A stretch of 64,000 nt of DNA from Gammaproteobacteria bacterium (GTDB taxonomy: Bacteria; Pseudomonadota; Gammaproteobacteria; JACKNK01), in NCBI GenBank assembly GCA_024234955.1, contig JACKNK010000006.1, positions 92,771 to 156,770 on the forward strand. Reading direction: 5' to 3'. The notes under the pieces are model-generated. The model made no database searches. It saw only the letters and a program-made list of their open reading frames with translations, and was not told where the DNA came from. The position numbers and the translations under genes were made by a program. Shown here one piece after another: positions 11,831-22,358 of this stretch (the stretch's first letter is position 1; each line of letters begins with the position of its first letter).

Positions 11831-13254
11831 ACACCTTCGAGATACCGCCAATCGACGCCGCCGTCTGCGACACCCCAAGTACGGAAAATGCGGGGGCGGC
11901 CACGCGCCGCCCCCGCATCATGTTTGTGGATGACGAGGCGCGAGCGGGTCAGTTGTTCAAGCGCTTCATGGATGACCGCGAGTGCGATTGCATCACCTTC
12001 GTGGACCCGAGCGAAGCCCTGGATGATTTTCGGGGCAACGGCGCGGATCTGGTGGTGACCGACCTCAACATGCCCGGCATGAGCGGCACCGAACTGCTCG
12101 CCGGCGTCCGCGATTACGACCCGGATGTACCGGTGATCATCATCACCGCCTTCTCGACCCTGGAAAGCGCCATCGAGGCGCTCCGGCTGGGGGCCTCGGA
12201 CTTCATCAAGAAGCCCTACGACATGGACGAACTCATCGCCCGGGTCGAGAAACTGCTCGAACAAGGGAACCTGCGGCGCGAAAACCGCCTGCTAAAGCGC
12301 CAGATCACCGACAGTCGTCTTCGTTACGGCATGATCGGCGGATCTCCGGCGCTGCAGCGCGTGCAGAAAATGATCGACAAGATCGCCGACATCCGCTGCA
12401 ACGTGATCATCCAGGGCGAGTCCGGCACCGGCAAGGAACTGGCGGCGCGCGCCATCCACAATCTCGGTCAGGATGCCGATCGGCCCTTCGTGGTGGTCGA
12501 TTGCGGCGCACTTACCGACACCTTGCTGGAAAGCGAGCTGTTCGGGCATGAGAAAGGCGCCTTCACCGGAGCCGCGCATACCCGTAAAGGCCTTCTGGAA
12601 GCGGCATCCGGGGGTACCGTATTCCTGGATGAGATCGGCAATATCTCCGACTCGATGCAGGTCAAGCTGCTGCGCGTGGTGCAGGAAGGTCAGGTCACCC
12701 GGGTCGGCGGCGTGCGCCCGATCCAGATCGATGTCCGCTTTCTGGTCGCCACCAACCGCGACCTCGACCAGATGGTTCGCGACGGCGACTTCCGCCACGA
12801 CCTCTTCCACCGCCTCAACGTCGTCAAACTCACGATGCCCCCGCTGCGTGAGCGCCGCGAGGACATCGGCCAGCTCATCCAGCATTTCATCGATCATTTC
12901 AATGCACGCTACAAACGTAGCGTGGACGGCTTCGACGCCAACGCGATGCGACGCCTGCGTGACTTCGCCTGGCCCGGAAACGTGCGGGAACTTCGTAACC
13001 TGGTCGAGCGTCATATCTGTCTCGCAGACGGTTCGACGCTGACACTCGATGAGACCCTGAACAATGTCGGCCCGATCCAGGACATGGACGGGGATATGCC
13101 GACACTGGAAACCTTGGAAAGACGGTATATCCTGAAGGTCCTCGAATCCTTCGAGGGCAGTCGGGAACAAACGGCACGCGCGCTGGGCATCAACAAGAGC
13201 ACCTTATGGCGCAAGTTGCGTCAATATGAGGAAGAAGGGGTTCCCAACGACTGA
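11827..13254 (+). CDS. sigma54-dependent response regulator (NtrC family)
   Basis: REC 'IMFVDDE...[14 protein letters not shown]', AAA+ '[15 protein letters not shown]', GAFTGA 'EKGAFTGA', C-terminal Fis-type HTH. 4-nt overlap with the kinase. Confidence 0.9.
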
Positions 13255-13363
13255 TGTGCCACATGGAAATGCAACACCCCATGATGCACATTGCAATAGA
13301 CCCAACACCCAACTGCCACGCACGGTTCCAGACAAAGCCAAGCCAGGACGGTACTTCTCCCGA

Positions 13364-13379
13364 TGGTATGGGCTTTGCT
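13364..13379 (+). promoter_or_regulatory. sigma54 (-24/-12) promoter upstream of soxY
   Basis: TGGTAT-GGGCT-TTGCT with the GG-N10-GC spacing of the TGGCAC-N5-TTGC consensus. About 50 nt upstream of the soxY ATG and downstream of the NtrC-type regulator. Confidence 0.55.
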
Positions 13380-13430
13380 ATAAACCCGTGGGCTACCACC
13401 AAACCAAATCCCCCAGAGGAGCATCCCAAT

Positions 13431-13889
13431 ATGAGCATGAAACGCAGAACCTTCCTGAAGGGCACTGTCGCCGCTGTCGGCGTCGCTGCCGCTGCCGGTC
13501 TGCTGTCGCCGCGTGCGGTCCTGGCTGACTGGCCGAAGGCTGCCTTCGACGCCAAGTCCATGGACGACGCCACTGCGGCGGCTGGTCTGAGCGGCTTCGA
13601 GCATTCGGACGACATCGAAATCAAGGCCCCGGACATTGCTGAAAACGGCGCCGTCGTGCCGATCAGCGTCACCTCCGGCATGAAGGCGGAGTCCATCTCG
13701 ATTCTGGCGTCTGCCAATGGAACCCCGATGGCCGCAACCTTCGAACTCGGTGCCAAGGCGCAGAGCTTCGTCTCCGTGCGTATCAAGATGGGCAAGACCT
13801 CCGACGTGTTCGCCATCGTCAAGTCGGGCGGCAAGGCTTACGCCAACAAGAAGCAGGTCAAGGTCACCATCGGCGGCTGCGGCGGCTGA
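13431..13889 (+). CDS. soxY: Thiosulfate-oxidation carrier protein SoxY
   Basis: Tat signal 'MKRRTFLKGTVAAVGVAAAAG' and the diagnostic C-terminal 'GGCGG' swinging-arm motif. RBS AGAGGA upstream of ATG 13431. Confidence 0.9.
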   Translation: MSMKRRTFLKGTVAAVGVAAAAGLLSPRAVLADWPKAAFDAKSMDDATAAAGLSGFEHSDDIEIKAPDIAENGAVVPISVTSGMKAESISILASANGTPMAATFELGAKAQSFVSVRIKMGKTSDVFAIVKSGGKAYANKKQVKVTIGGCGG

Positions 13890-13947
13890 TCGGTCCCCCT
13901 GATCTCCAATACACGGCGTATCAACAAATTCGAAGAGGTTTAAACCC

Positions 13948-14259
13948 ATGGCGAGCATCAAACTGAAAGCCAAGTCCAAGAACGGCGTCACGTCGGTCAA
14001 GGCTCTGATCAACCACCCGATGGAAACCGGTCTGCGCAAAGACAAGAAGACCGGCGAGAAGATTCCGGCCCATTTCATCCAGGAAGTCACCTGCGACCTG
14101 AACGGTGAGCGCGTGATGACCGCTTACTGGGGCGGTTCCGTTTCCAAGAACCCCTACGTCGCGTTCAACATCGACGGTGGCGCCAAGGGTGACGCGATCA
14201 CTCTGGCCTGGGTCGATAACAAGGGCGAAAAGGACTCCGTGGAAGACAAGGTCGACTGA
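13948..14259 (+). CDS. soxZ: Thiosulfate-oxidation carrier complex protein SoxZ
   Basis: 'VKALINHPMETGLRKD..TGE.IPAHFI' SoxZ signature. Immediately follows soxY. Confidence 0.9.
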   Translation: MASIKLKAKSKNGVTSVKALINHPMETGLRKDKKTGEKIPAHFIQEVTCDLNGERVMTAYWGGSVSKNPYVAFNIDGGAKGDAITLAWVDNKGEKDSVEDKVD

Positions 14260-14283
14260 ACCGACCCGATCGACACGATTGGA

Positions 14284-14312
14284 AAAGCGGCTCCTTCGGG
14301 AGCCGCTTTTTT
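14284..14312 (+). terminator. Intrinsic terminator after soxZ
   Basis: AAGCGGCTCC-TTCG-GGAGCCGCTT hairpin followed by a T-run. Confidence 0.75.
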
Positions 14313-14333
14313 GTCTGCGTCACTCATCGGGAA

Positions 14334-15017
14334 TCAGCGCGCCCCGAAGATCGCCGTCCCGATGCGCACAATCGTGGCACCCTCAGCGATGGCCGACTCG
14401 AGATCGTCGGTCATGCCCATCGACAGGGTATCGAGCTCAAGCCCGACGCGACCAAACCTCTCCTTCATCTCACGCAGTTTCCGGAATGGCGCGCGTTGTT
14501 GTTGCGGGTCATGGCAGGGTGCCGGCACCGTCATCAGACCCCGCAGACGCAGATTCGGAAGCGCCGCAATCTGGATTGCCAAGGCCTCGGCGTCTGCCAA
14601 AGCAACACCGGATTTGCTCGCCTCGCCACTCACATTGACCTGCAACAGCACGTTCAAAGGTGACTGATCGTGCGGGCGCTGATCGCTCAGACGTTGCGCA
14701 ATCTTGAGTCGATCGACGCCATGCACCCACGAGAAGTGGGTGGCGATCTCGCGAGTCTTGTTGGACTGAATGGGACCGATGAAATGCCACTCGATATCCA
14801 GATCGGCCAGTTCGTGCTGCTTGGCAAGTGCCTCCTGCAGGTAACTTTCTCCGAACAGCCGCTGGCCGTGCGCATAGGCCGCACGTATCGAGGATGCCGG
14901 CTTGGTCTTGCTGACCGCGAGCAACTGCACCGCGTCCGCACTCCTACCGGACTCAGCCACCGCATTTCGGATGCGTTCGCGTACCGTATTCAGGGCGTCG
15001 GAGATGGAGTCATTCAT
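14334..15017 (-). CDS. yggS: YggS-family pyridoxal-phosphate homeostasis protein
   Basis: 'LLAVSKTKP', 'FGESYLQEA', 'WHFIGPIQSNK', 'LSMGMTDDLESAI'. Divergent from pilT, as is usual. Start at ATG 15017. Confidence 0.85.
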   Translation of the reverse strand: MNDSISDALNTVRERIRNAVAESGRSADAVQLLAVSKTKPASSIRAAYAHGQRLFGESYLQEALAKQHELADLDIEWHFIGPIQSNKTREIATHFSWVHGVDRLKIAQRLSDQRPHDQSPLNVLLQVNVSGEASKSGVALADAEALAIQIAALPNLRLRGLMTVPAPCHDPQQQRAPFRKLREMKERFGRVGLELDTLSMGMTDDLESAIAEGATIVRIGTAIFGAR

Positions 15018-15091
15018 GGGCGTTGGTTGCTTGTATGCAGAGCGGCAATTAGGCTGCACAGGATAACAACAACACGCGAGGCGACGTGCCC

Positions 15092-16129
15092 ATGGACATG
15101 ACCCAGCTGCTGGCGTTCGCGGTCAAGAACAAGGCGTCCGATCTGCATTTGTCGGCCGGCCTGCCGCCGATGATTCGCGTCGATGGTGACGTGCGCCGCA
15201 TCAACGTACCGGCGCTGGAGCACAAAGAGGTCCATGCCCTGATCTACGAGGTCATGGACGATCGCCAGCGCAAGGATTACGAGGAATTCTACGAGACCGA
15301 CTTTTCCTTCGAGGTCCCGCGACTGGCGCGTTTCCGTGTCAACGCCTTCAACCAGTCGCGCGGCGCGGCAGCGGTGTTTCGTACCATCCCCACGGAAATC
15401 CTCAGCCTGCAGCAGCTCAATGCACCCAAGGTTTTCGCCGAACTGGCGGGCATGAACCGGGGCATTGTCCTGGTCACCGGGCCGACCGGTTCGGGCAAAT
15501 CGACCACGCTGGCCGGCATGGTCAATCACAAGAACGAGACCGAGGCCTGCCACATCCTCACGGTCGAGGACCCGATCGAATTCGTTCATGAGAGCAAGAA
15601 AGCGCTGATCAATCAGCGCGAAGTGCATCGTCACACCCTGGGCTTTACCGAGGCGCTGCGCTCCGCCTTGCGCGAAGACCCGGACGTGATCCTGGTCGGC
15701 GAAATGCGCGACCTGGAAACCATTCGTCTCGCGCTTACCGCCGCCGAGACCGGCCATCTGGTTTTCGGCACCCTGCACACCTCTTCCGCCGCCAAGACCA
15801 TCGACCGAATTGTCGATGTGTTCCCCGCCGCCGAAAAAGCGATGGTGCGCTCGATGCTGTCCGAGTCCCTCCGGGCGGTGATTTCCCAAGCCCTGATCAA
15901 GCGCATCGATGGCGGTCGCGTCGCCGCGCACGAGATCATGATCGCCACCCCCGCGATCCGGAACCTGATCCGTGAAGACAAGATCGCGCAGATGTATTCG
16001 GCGATTCAGACCGGCTCGGCACAGGGCATGCAGACGCTCGATCAGAATCTCCGTCATCTGGTGGACAAGAAACTGATCACCATCGGCGACGCACGCATCC
16101 GCGCCGTCAACAAGGAAGCGTTCTACTAA
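15092..16129 (+). CDS. pilT: Type IV pilus retraction ATPase PilT
   Basis: 'ASDLHLSAGLPPMIRVDG', Walker A 'GPTGSGKSTTL', 'ILTVEDPIEF', 'ILVGEMRDLETI', 'AETGHLVFGTLHT'. Confidence 0.95.
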   Translation: MDMTQLLAFAVKNKASDLHLSAGLPPMIRVDGDVRRINVPALEHKEVHALIYEVMDDRQRKDYEEFYETDFSFEVPRLARFRVNAFNQSRGAAAVFRTIPTEILSLQQLNAPKVFAELAGMNRGIVLVTGPTGSGKSTTLAGMVNHKNETEACHILTVEDPIEFVHESKKALINQREVHRHTLGFTEALRSALREDPDVILVGEMRDLETIRLALTAAETGHLVFGTLHTSSAAKTIDRIVDVFPAAEKAMVRSMLSESLRAVISQALIKRIDGGRVAAHEIMIATPAIRNLIREDKIAQMYSAIQTGSAQGMQTLDQNLRHLVDKKLITIGDARIRAVNKEAFY

Positions 16130-16289
16130 GGAACCTCTGATCTATTCATGCACGTTCATCTGAAGCCTGAAATCACGTCTTTCGGCGTTGCAAAACTTGT
16201 GAATAGCGGGCTATTCGCTACGTTTCGCGCCTTGAAACCCACGATTTCATTCGTCCATTTGAGCCGCGACTGAATAAATCAGAGGTTCC
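16130..16289. repeat. MITE-like element with 19-nt terminal inverted repeats
   Basis: GGAACCTCTGATCTATTCA ... TGAATAAATCAGAGGTTCC (18/19 complementary) bracketing ~120 nt in the pilT-pilU gap. Same termini recur at 47361-47527. Confidence 0.6.
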
Positions 16290-16347
16290 CCAACCTTACC
16301 CTCCGTATCGTTCCCGCTCCGTCCCCGAGTCAACCAGAGGTTCCCGA

Positions 16348-17481
16348 ATGGACATCCGCGTCCTGCTCAAAATCATGGTCCAGAAAGGGGCCTCGGATCT
16401 GTTCATCACCGCCGGCGTCGCGCCCAGCTTCAAGCTGAACGGCAAGATGATGCCGATCGCCCAATCGGTACTGCCGGCGGACAAGGCTGAGCAGCTGGTC
16501 GTCGGGGTCATGGACGAAAAGCAGCTCGCCGAGTTCTACGAACACCGTGAATGCAACTTCGCCATCGAGTATCAGGGTATCGGTCGATTCCGCGTGTCTG
16601 CGTTCGTGCAGCGCGGCCATGCCGGCATGGTGTTGCGACGCATCGAGACCGAAATCCCCTCCATCGAGCAATTGAACCTGCCCAAGGTCACCGCCCCGTT
16701 GTCACTGACCAAACGCGGCCTGATCGTCGTGGTCGGTGCCACCGGCTCAGGCAAATCCACCAGTCTGGCGGCCATGATCGGCAACCGCAACGAAAAGACC
16801 AGCGGACACATCATCACCATCGAAGACCCGATCGAATTCATCCATCCGCACAAGAACTGCATCGTCAGTCAGCGCGAAGTGGGTGTGGATACCGAATCCT
16901 TCGAGGTCGCGCTCAAGAACACCCTGCGTCAGGCCCCGGATGTCATCCTGATCGGTGAGGTACGTTCCCGCGAGACCATGGAATACGCGATCAATTTCGC
17001 CGAAACCGGACACTTGGCGATGTGTACCCTGCACGCCAACAACGCCAACCAGGCTCTCGATCGGATCATCCACTTCTTCCCGGAGGACCGCCGTCAGCAG
17101 TTGTTGATGGACCTGTCGCTGAACATGAAGGCGATCATCGCGCAGCAGTTGTTGCCGGCGAAGAACGGCAAGGGGCGGCGGCTTGCCGCCGAAATCCTGA
17201 TCAACACCCCGTTCGTCTCCGAGCTGATCCGTCGTGGCGAGGTCCACAAGATCAAGGACATCATGAAGCGTAGCCGTGAACTGGGTATGCAGACCTTCGA
17301 TCAAGCCCTGTACGACCTTTATCAGGCCGATGAGATCACCGCCGAGACGGCCCTGGCGCACGCGGACTCGGCCAACGAGGTGCGCCTGATGATCAAGCTG
17401 GGTACCGGCGAGGTGGAGACCAGCGGCGATGGCGCTGGCGATGGTCCGAAACCCGATGCCGGCAACCTATCGTTGATGTGA
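16348..17481 (+). CDS. pilU: Type IV pilus ATPase PilU
   Basis: PilT paralog with 'ASDLFITAGVAPSFKLNG', 'GATGSGKSTSL', 'IITIEDPIEF', 'AETGHLAMCTLHA'. Extended C-terminus. Confidence 0.9.
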   Translation: MDIRVLLKIMVQKGASDLFITAGVAPSFKLNGKMMPIAQSVLPADKAEQLVVGVMDEKQLAEFYEHRECNFAIEYQGIGRFRVSAFVQRGHAGMVLRRIETEIPSIEQLNLPKVTAPLSLTKRGLIVVVGATGSGKSTSLAAMIGNRNEKTSGHIITIEDPIEFIHPHKNCIVSQREVGVDTESFEVALKNTLRQAPDVILIGEVRSRETMEYAINFAETGHLAMCTLHANNANQALDRIIHFFPEDRRQQLLMDLSLNMKAIIAQQLLPAKNGKGRRLAAEILINTPFVSELIRRGEVHKIKDIMKRSRELGMQTFDQALYDLYQADEITAETALAHADSANEVRLMIKLGTGEVETSGDGAGDGPKPDAGNLSLM

Positions 17482-18950
17482 TGGCTTTCCTCGACCCGCC
17501 AGCGCCGCTGAAACTCCGGCGCACCAAGATCATCGCGACCATCGGCCCCGCGACCCGCTCGCCGGACATCATCGAGAAGATGATGCTTGCCGGGGTCAAT
17601 GTCTTCCGCCTGAACATGTCGCATGGCACCCAGAACGACCACCTCAGCGCGTACCAGGCGATTCGCGCCGGTGCCGACAAGCATCATTTGCCGATCGGCA
17701 TACTCGCCGATCTGTGTGGTCCCAAGATCCGGGTCGGCGAACTCAAGGACGGCCAGATCGAGTTGCGCGATGGCGAGGAGGTCACCGTCACCACCCGTGA
17801 CGTGGTCGGTTACGACGGTCTGATCCCCAGCCATTACCGGCATCTTGCTGAGGACGTGCAGGCCGGCGATCGCATCCTGCTGGACGATGGCCTGCTGGAA
17901 CTGCGGGTGCTTTCCGCCGAACAGGCCGATGTCCGTTGCGAGGTCGTGCACGGTGGGGTTCTCAAATCGCGCAAGGGCATGAACCTGCCTTGCGTCGCGG
18001 TCTCAGCGCCAGCACTGACCAACAAGGACCGCGAGGATGCCGCATTCGCCCTCGATCTCGGGGTCGATTTTCTCGCACTGTCGTTCGTGCGTCGTGCCGG
18101 TGATGTTCAGGAACTTCGCGAACTGGTTGCCACCCGTCATGCAGACGTCGGCATCATTGCCAAGATCGAGAAACCGGAGGCGCTGGAAGAGATCGATGCC
18201 ATCATCCAGGTGGCCGACGGGATCATGGTGGCGCGCGGCGATCTGGGTGTGGAACTCGACGCCGAGCAGGTTCCGCTGGTTCAGGATCGACTCCTGGAAC
18301 TTGCGCAGGTCCACAACAAACCCTGCATCGTCGCCACCCAGATGCTGGAATCGATGATTCAGAACCCCCGCCCGACCCGTGCCGAAGTCGCGGATGTGGC
18401 GCACGCAGTGCGCACCGCCGCCGACGCGGTGATGCTCTCCGGCGAGACCGCCGTCGGCCGCTTTCCGCTCGATGCGGTGCGCATGATGGATCGCATCGCG
18501 CGACGATCCGAAGCGTATCTGTGGGAACACGGTCTGTTCGCCAACACCATCAAGAGCCGGGGCGACGGCAGGCTGCCGCTCGCCGATTCGGTCGCGCGCG
18601 CCACCTCGCTGCTGTCCCGCGACCTGCGCGTACGTGCGATCGTGGTGGTCTGCCATAGCGGGCTCTCGGTCGCGATCGTGTCCTCGGCACGACCGGCGGC
18701 GCCGATCATCGCGCTCTCCGACAGCGGCAAGACCTGCACCCGCATGACACTGCTTTGGGGCGTACTCCCGGATCGCGTCGAAGACGTCGAGATCAGTCCG
18801 GCCGTGGCCGTCGATCTGCCTGCCGTGGCGCGACAACTGGCACGCAAATACGAGCTTGGCGACGCCGGCGAACATATCCTGCTGGTCGAGGGCTATCACC
18901 CGGAACCGGAACGCAACGTGCCGTCGATCTCGGTGGTCGAGCTGCTCTGA
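17481..18950 (+). CDS. pyk: Pyruvate kinase
   Basis: 'RRTKIIATIGPA', 'NVFRLNMSHG', 'IIAKIEKPEA', 'IMVARGDLGVE', 'ATQMLESM'. ATG 17481 overlaps the pilU stop by 1 nt. Confidence 0.9.
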   Translation: MAFLDPPAPLKLRRTKIIATIGPATRSPDIIEKMMLAGVNVFRLNMSHGTQNDHLSAYQAIRAGADKHHLPIGILADLCGPKIRVGELKDGQIELRDGEEVTVTTRDVVGYDGLIPSHYRHLAEDVQAGDRILLDDGLLELRVLSAEQADVRCEVVHGGVLKSRKGMNLPCVAVSAPALTNKDREDAAFALDLGVDFLALSFVRRAGDVQELRELVATRHADVGIIAKIEKPEALEEIDAIIQVADGIMVARGDLGVELDAEQVPLVQDRLLELAQVHNKPCIVATQMLESMIQNPRPTRAEVADVAHAVRTAADAVMLSGETAVGRFPLDAVRMMDRIARRSEAYLWEHGLFANTIKSRGDGRLPLADSVARATSLLSRDLRVRAIVVVCHSGLSVAIVSSARPAAPIIALSDSGKTCTRMTLLWGVLPDRVEDVEISPAVAVDLPAVARQLARKYELGDAGEHILLVEGYHPEPERNVPSISVVELL

Positions 18951-18964
18951 GGCATCGCAGACAT

Positions 18965-19228
18965 ATGGCGACCTACTCCCATATCGACCCCAAGATCGTT
19001 GCCGATGGCGTGATCGCCCGGGAATGCTATGCGGTGGTCTACGCCCCGAAAGCCAATCGCAAACGCTTCCCGGCCAATTGCGTGGAGGTCTTCGACACCC
19101 TGGACGCGGCCTATGAGGCCGCCGACCCTGGCGCCAGACGCTTCGCCGCCGAGGTCATCGGCCCGTCCCGGTCCTCGGAGGGTCAGCAGTTGTTCTATCT
19201 GGTGCGCTGGCTCAGCGCCGTGGATTGA
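18965..19228 (+). CDS. Hypothetical small protein (87 aa)
   Basis: ATG at 18965 just after pyk. Non-repetitive composition, no recognisable motif. Confidence 0.4.
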   Translation: MATYSHIDPKIVADGVIARECYAVVYAPKANRKRFPANCVEVFDTLDAAYEAADPGARRFAAEVIGPSRSSEGQQLFYLVRWLSAVD

Positions 19229-19248
19229 ACGGCGCTCAAGGCCTTCGC

Positions 19249-19875
19249 TCAACCCACCGACATCAGATCGTCGAACCAGTGTGCGAGCACGTCGCTGGGA
19301 TCTTCGGCATGGCGCAGTTCGTTGTAGTCGAGCCGCGCATCTTGCGCATGCAACTCGCCATTTGCGGCGTGAAACACCCCGATCTCCTCACCGTCACGCT
19401 GCAATGACAGCGTCAGCGCATCCGGATTGAGCCAACTCGTTCCACCGGCCTGCCTGAAGATTGCCGTCACCCGCACTGCAGCCTGAAACCAAGCCGATGC
19501 CGCCTCCCGATCGAAGTGAAGCGGTTCGGCATCGGCCTCCTCCGGCTCGGCCTCGATCTCCAGTTGCGCCGCCTGGGTTTCGAGCAACAGGAAGGTTTCC
19601 TCCGCCAGTTCCACGACCGACTGGCCGACCAGCGCTCGATGCCATTCCGCGCCGTCGGCGAAACGGATACGCCACTGTCCGGCATTCAATGCGAGACACA
19701 GTTCGAACACCTGATCCCCCGCCGCAATCGGCCCGGTGGAAATGCCTTCGGTGGTGCATTCCAGATCGGCATCGCCACATAAGGACGCCTTGATCGCGGC
19801 GGCCAGACTGGCGTAGGCGCATAAGGCAGCATGCGTATCGGGCCAGCTCGGACTTGCCAATGATGGGAAGCTCAT
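19249..19875 (-). CDS. Hypothetical acidic protein
   Basis: Start trimmed to ATG 19875 ('MSFPSLASP') so it does not overlap tex. No recognised domain. Confidence 0.45.
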   Translation of the reverse strand: MSFPSLASPSWPDTHAALCAYASLAAAIKASLCGDADLECTTEGISTGPIAAGDQVFELCLALNAGQWRIRFADGAEWHRALVGQSVVELAEETFLLLETQAAQLEIEAEPEEADAEPLHFDREAASAWFQAAVRVTAIFRQAGGTSWLNPDALTLSLQRDGEEIGVFHAANGELHAQDARLDYNELRHAEDPSDVLAHWFDDLMSVG

Positions 19876-19942
19876 CACGCACCTCGGAAAGGAATCGGGA
19901 ACGGTGTGGACGCGCTGCTCGCAGCCCGCATCCACAGCGTAG

Positions 19943-22252
19943 TCAGCGTTTTCGGGCGCGGGCAAATGCGTCCGCCATACTGCTGCCGGGCGCTGACCCA
20001 CTGCTGGAAACCGGCTTGGACGACGGCGTAGAACGGCCAGTAACGCGGGGATGCGCCTCGCGCACGCCACGCGGATCGTCATTCATGCGCATGCTCAGGC
20101 CGACACGCTTGCGCGCCAGATCGACCTGCATGACCTTAACCTTGACCACGTCGCCCGCCTTGACCACCTGATGCGGGTCTTTGACGAACCGGTCTGCCAG
20201 CGCCGAGATATGCACCAGACCGTCCTGATGCACGCCGATGTCCACGAACGCGCCAAAATTGGTGACGTTGGTCACGACCCCTTCGAGGATCATGCCCGGC
20301 GCCAGGTCCTTGAGATCCTCGACGCCTTCCTGGAAGGTCGCGGTCTTGAACTCCGGGCGCGGATCCCGACCCGGCTTTTCCAGTTCGCTGATGATGTCGC
20401 GCACCGTCGGCAGACCGAACTGGCTATCGACAAAATCCTGCGGGGCAAGACGCTTCAGGAAGGCGGCGTCACCCAACACATCGGCCATGCCTTTACCGGT
20501 GCTGGCGAGAATCCGCTCGACCACCGGATAGGCCTCGGGATGGACCGCCGACGCGTCCAGCGGATTGTTGCCGCCGACGATACGCAGGAAGCCCGCCGCC
20601 TGTTCAAAGGTCTTGTCACCGAGGCGCGGCACATCCTTGAGCGCACGCCGATCCGGGAACGCCCCGTGGGCATCGCGGTGCGCGACGATATTCTCCGCCA
20701 GAGTCGCGGTCAGCCCGGAAACCCGGGCCAGCAACGCGGGCGATGCGGTGTTCACATCCACTCCGACCGCATTCACGCAGTCCTCGACGACCGCCTCCAG
20801 GCTGCGCGCCAGACGCAGCTGTGAGACATCGTGCTGATACTGACCGACCCCGATCGATTTCGGATCGATCTTGACCAGCTCGGCGAGCGGATCCTGCAGG
20901 CGGCGCGCGATCGACACCGCACCGCGCAACGAAACATCGAGCTCCGGCAACTCGTGACTGGCCAGTTCGGAGGCCGAATACACCGAGGCCCCCGCCTCAC
21001 TGACCATGATCTTGGTCAGACGCAGTTCGGCATGTTTTTGAATCAGCTCGGCGGCCAGCTTGTCGGTTTCCCGCGACGCAGTGCCGTTGCCGATGGCAAT
21101 CAGATCGACCTGATGTTTCCGGCACAGTGCCGCCAGCACCGCAATGGTCTGATCCCACTGATTCTTGGGGACATGCGGATACACCGTCGCGGTATCGACG
21201 ACCTTGCCGGTGGCGTCCACGACCGCGACCTTCACCCCGGTTCGCAGGCCCGGATCAAGCCCCAGGGTGGCGCGCGGACCGGCCGGTGCCGCCAGCAGAA
21301 GATCGTGCAGATTGCGCGCAAACACCGCGATCGCCTCCTCATCGGCGGCCTCGCGGATACGGGTTAGCAGCTCGGTTTCAAGTCGTGTCAGCAATTTGAC
21401 GCGCCAGGTCAGACGCACGGTATCGGCGAGCCAGGCGTCGGCGGCACGCCCGGCATTCTCGATGCCGAAACGGGCCGCGACCATGCGCTCCGGACGGGTG
21501 CGTCCCTCTGCGTCCGCGACGATGTCCAGCGACAGGCTCAGCACCCCCTCGTTTCTCCCCCGGAACAACGCGAGCGCGCGATGCGAAGGAATCTTGTTGA
21601 GGGCTTCATCGAATTCGAAATAATCACTGAACTTCGCGCCTTCCTGGGCCTTGCCCGCCATCACTTCCGACTTCAGTCGCGCCTCATCCCACAGCCAGTC
21701 CCGCACCCGACCGGCGAGTTCTGCGTCTTCCGCGAATTGCTCCATCAATATCTGCCGCGCCCCGTCCAGCGCGGCCTTGGTATCGGCGACGTCGTGCGCG
21801 GCATTCACAAAACCGGCGGCAGCGGTTTCCGGGTCGGTGTCGGGTGATTCGAGCAACTGGCGTGCGAGCGGCTCCAGGCCCGCTTCCCGGGCAATCTGCG
21901 CCCGCGTGCGCCGTTTTTTCTTGTACGGCAGGTAAAGGTCTTCGAGACGGGTCTTGGTTTCGGCGCCGAGCAGATCGCGTTTCAAGGCATCGCTGAGTTT
22001 GCCCTGCTCTTCGACCGCTTTGATCACCGCGACGCGCCGATCTTCCAGCTCGCGCAGATACCCCAGGCGCTCGTCGAGCAGACGCAGTTGAGCGTCGTCC
22101 AGCCCTCCGGTCACTTCCTTTCGATAGCGGGCGACGAAGGGGACCGTCGCGCCCTCATCGAGCAGGGCGATCGCGGCCTCGACCTGGCTAGCGTGAACCT
22201 CGATTTCAGCGGCAATACGCTGGCTGATTGGCGGTAACAATGGCGGCTCCAA
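19943..22252 (-). CDS. tex: Transcription accessory protein Tex (S1 RNA-binding)
   Basis: '[19 protein letters not shown]', YqgF/RuvC-like and HhH core, C-terminal S1 domain '[26 protein letters not shown]'. Confidence 0.9.
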   Translation of the reverse strand: MEPPLLPPISQRIAAEIEVHASQVEAAIALLDEGATVPFVARYRKEVTGGLDDAQLRLLDERLGYLRELEDRRVAVIKAVEEQGKLSDALKRDLLGAETKTRLEDLYLPYKKKRRTRAQIAREAGLEPLARQLLESPDTDPETAAAGFVNAAHDVADTKAALDGARQILMEQFAEDAELAGRVRDWLWDEARLKSEVMAGKAQEGAKFSDYFEFDEALNKIPSHRALALFRGRNEGVLSLSLDIVADAEGRTRPERMVAARFGIENAGRAADAWLADTVRLTWRVKLLTRLETELLTRIREAADEEAIAVFARNLHDLLLAAPAGPRATLGLDPGLRTGVKVAVVDATGKVVDTATVYPHVPKNQWDQTIAVLAALCRKHQVDLIAIGNGTASRETDKLAAELIQKHAELRLTKIMVSEAGASVYSASELASHELPELDVSLRGAVSIARRLQDPLAELVKIDPKSIGVGQYQHDVSQLRLARSLEAVVEDCVNAVGVDVNTASPALLARVSGLTATLAENIVAHRDAHGAFPDRRALKDVPRLGDKTFEQAAGFLRIVGGNNPLDASAVHPEAYPVVERILASTGKGMADVLGDAAFLKRLAPQDFVDSQFGLPTVRDIISELEKPGRDPRPEFKTATFQEGVEDLKDLAPGMILEGVVTNVTNFGAFVDIGVHQDGLVHISALADRFVKDPHQVVKAGDVVKVKVMQVDLARKRVGLSMRMNDDPRGVREAHPRVTGRSTPSSKPVSSSGSAPGSSMADAFARARKR

Positions 22253-22291
22253 TAATGTCGTATCCCGCCGGGCCAGGCCGCAGAACGGGAA

Positions 22292-22328
22292 AGCGCCATC
22301 CGGATCGACAGGAAATCCGGATGGCGCT
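22292..22328 (-). terminator. Putative terminator hairpin downstream of the OmpA/TSP3 gene
   Basis: Perfect 14-bp stem AGCGCCATCCGGAT / ATCCGGATGGCGCT with a 9-nt loop between that gene's stop and the tex start. No strong U-tract. Confidence 0.4.
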
Positions 22329-22358
22329 TCTGCTCAAGAATCGAGCGGAGAACAGTCG

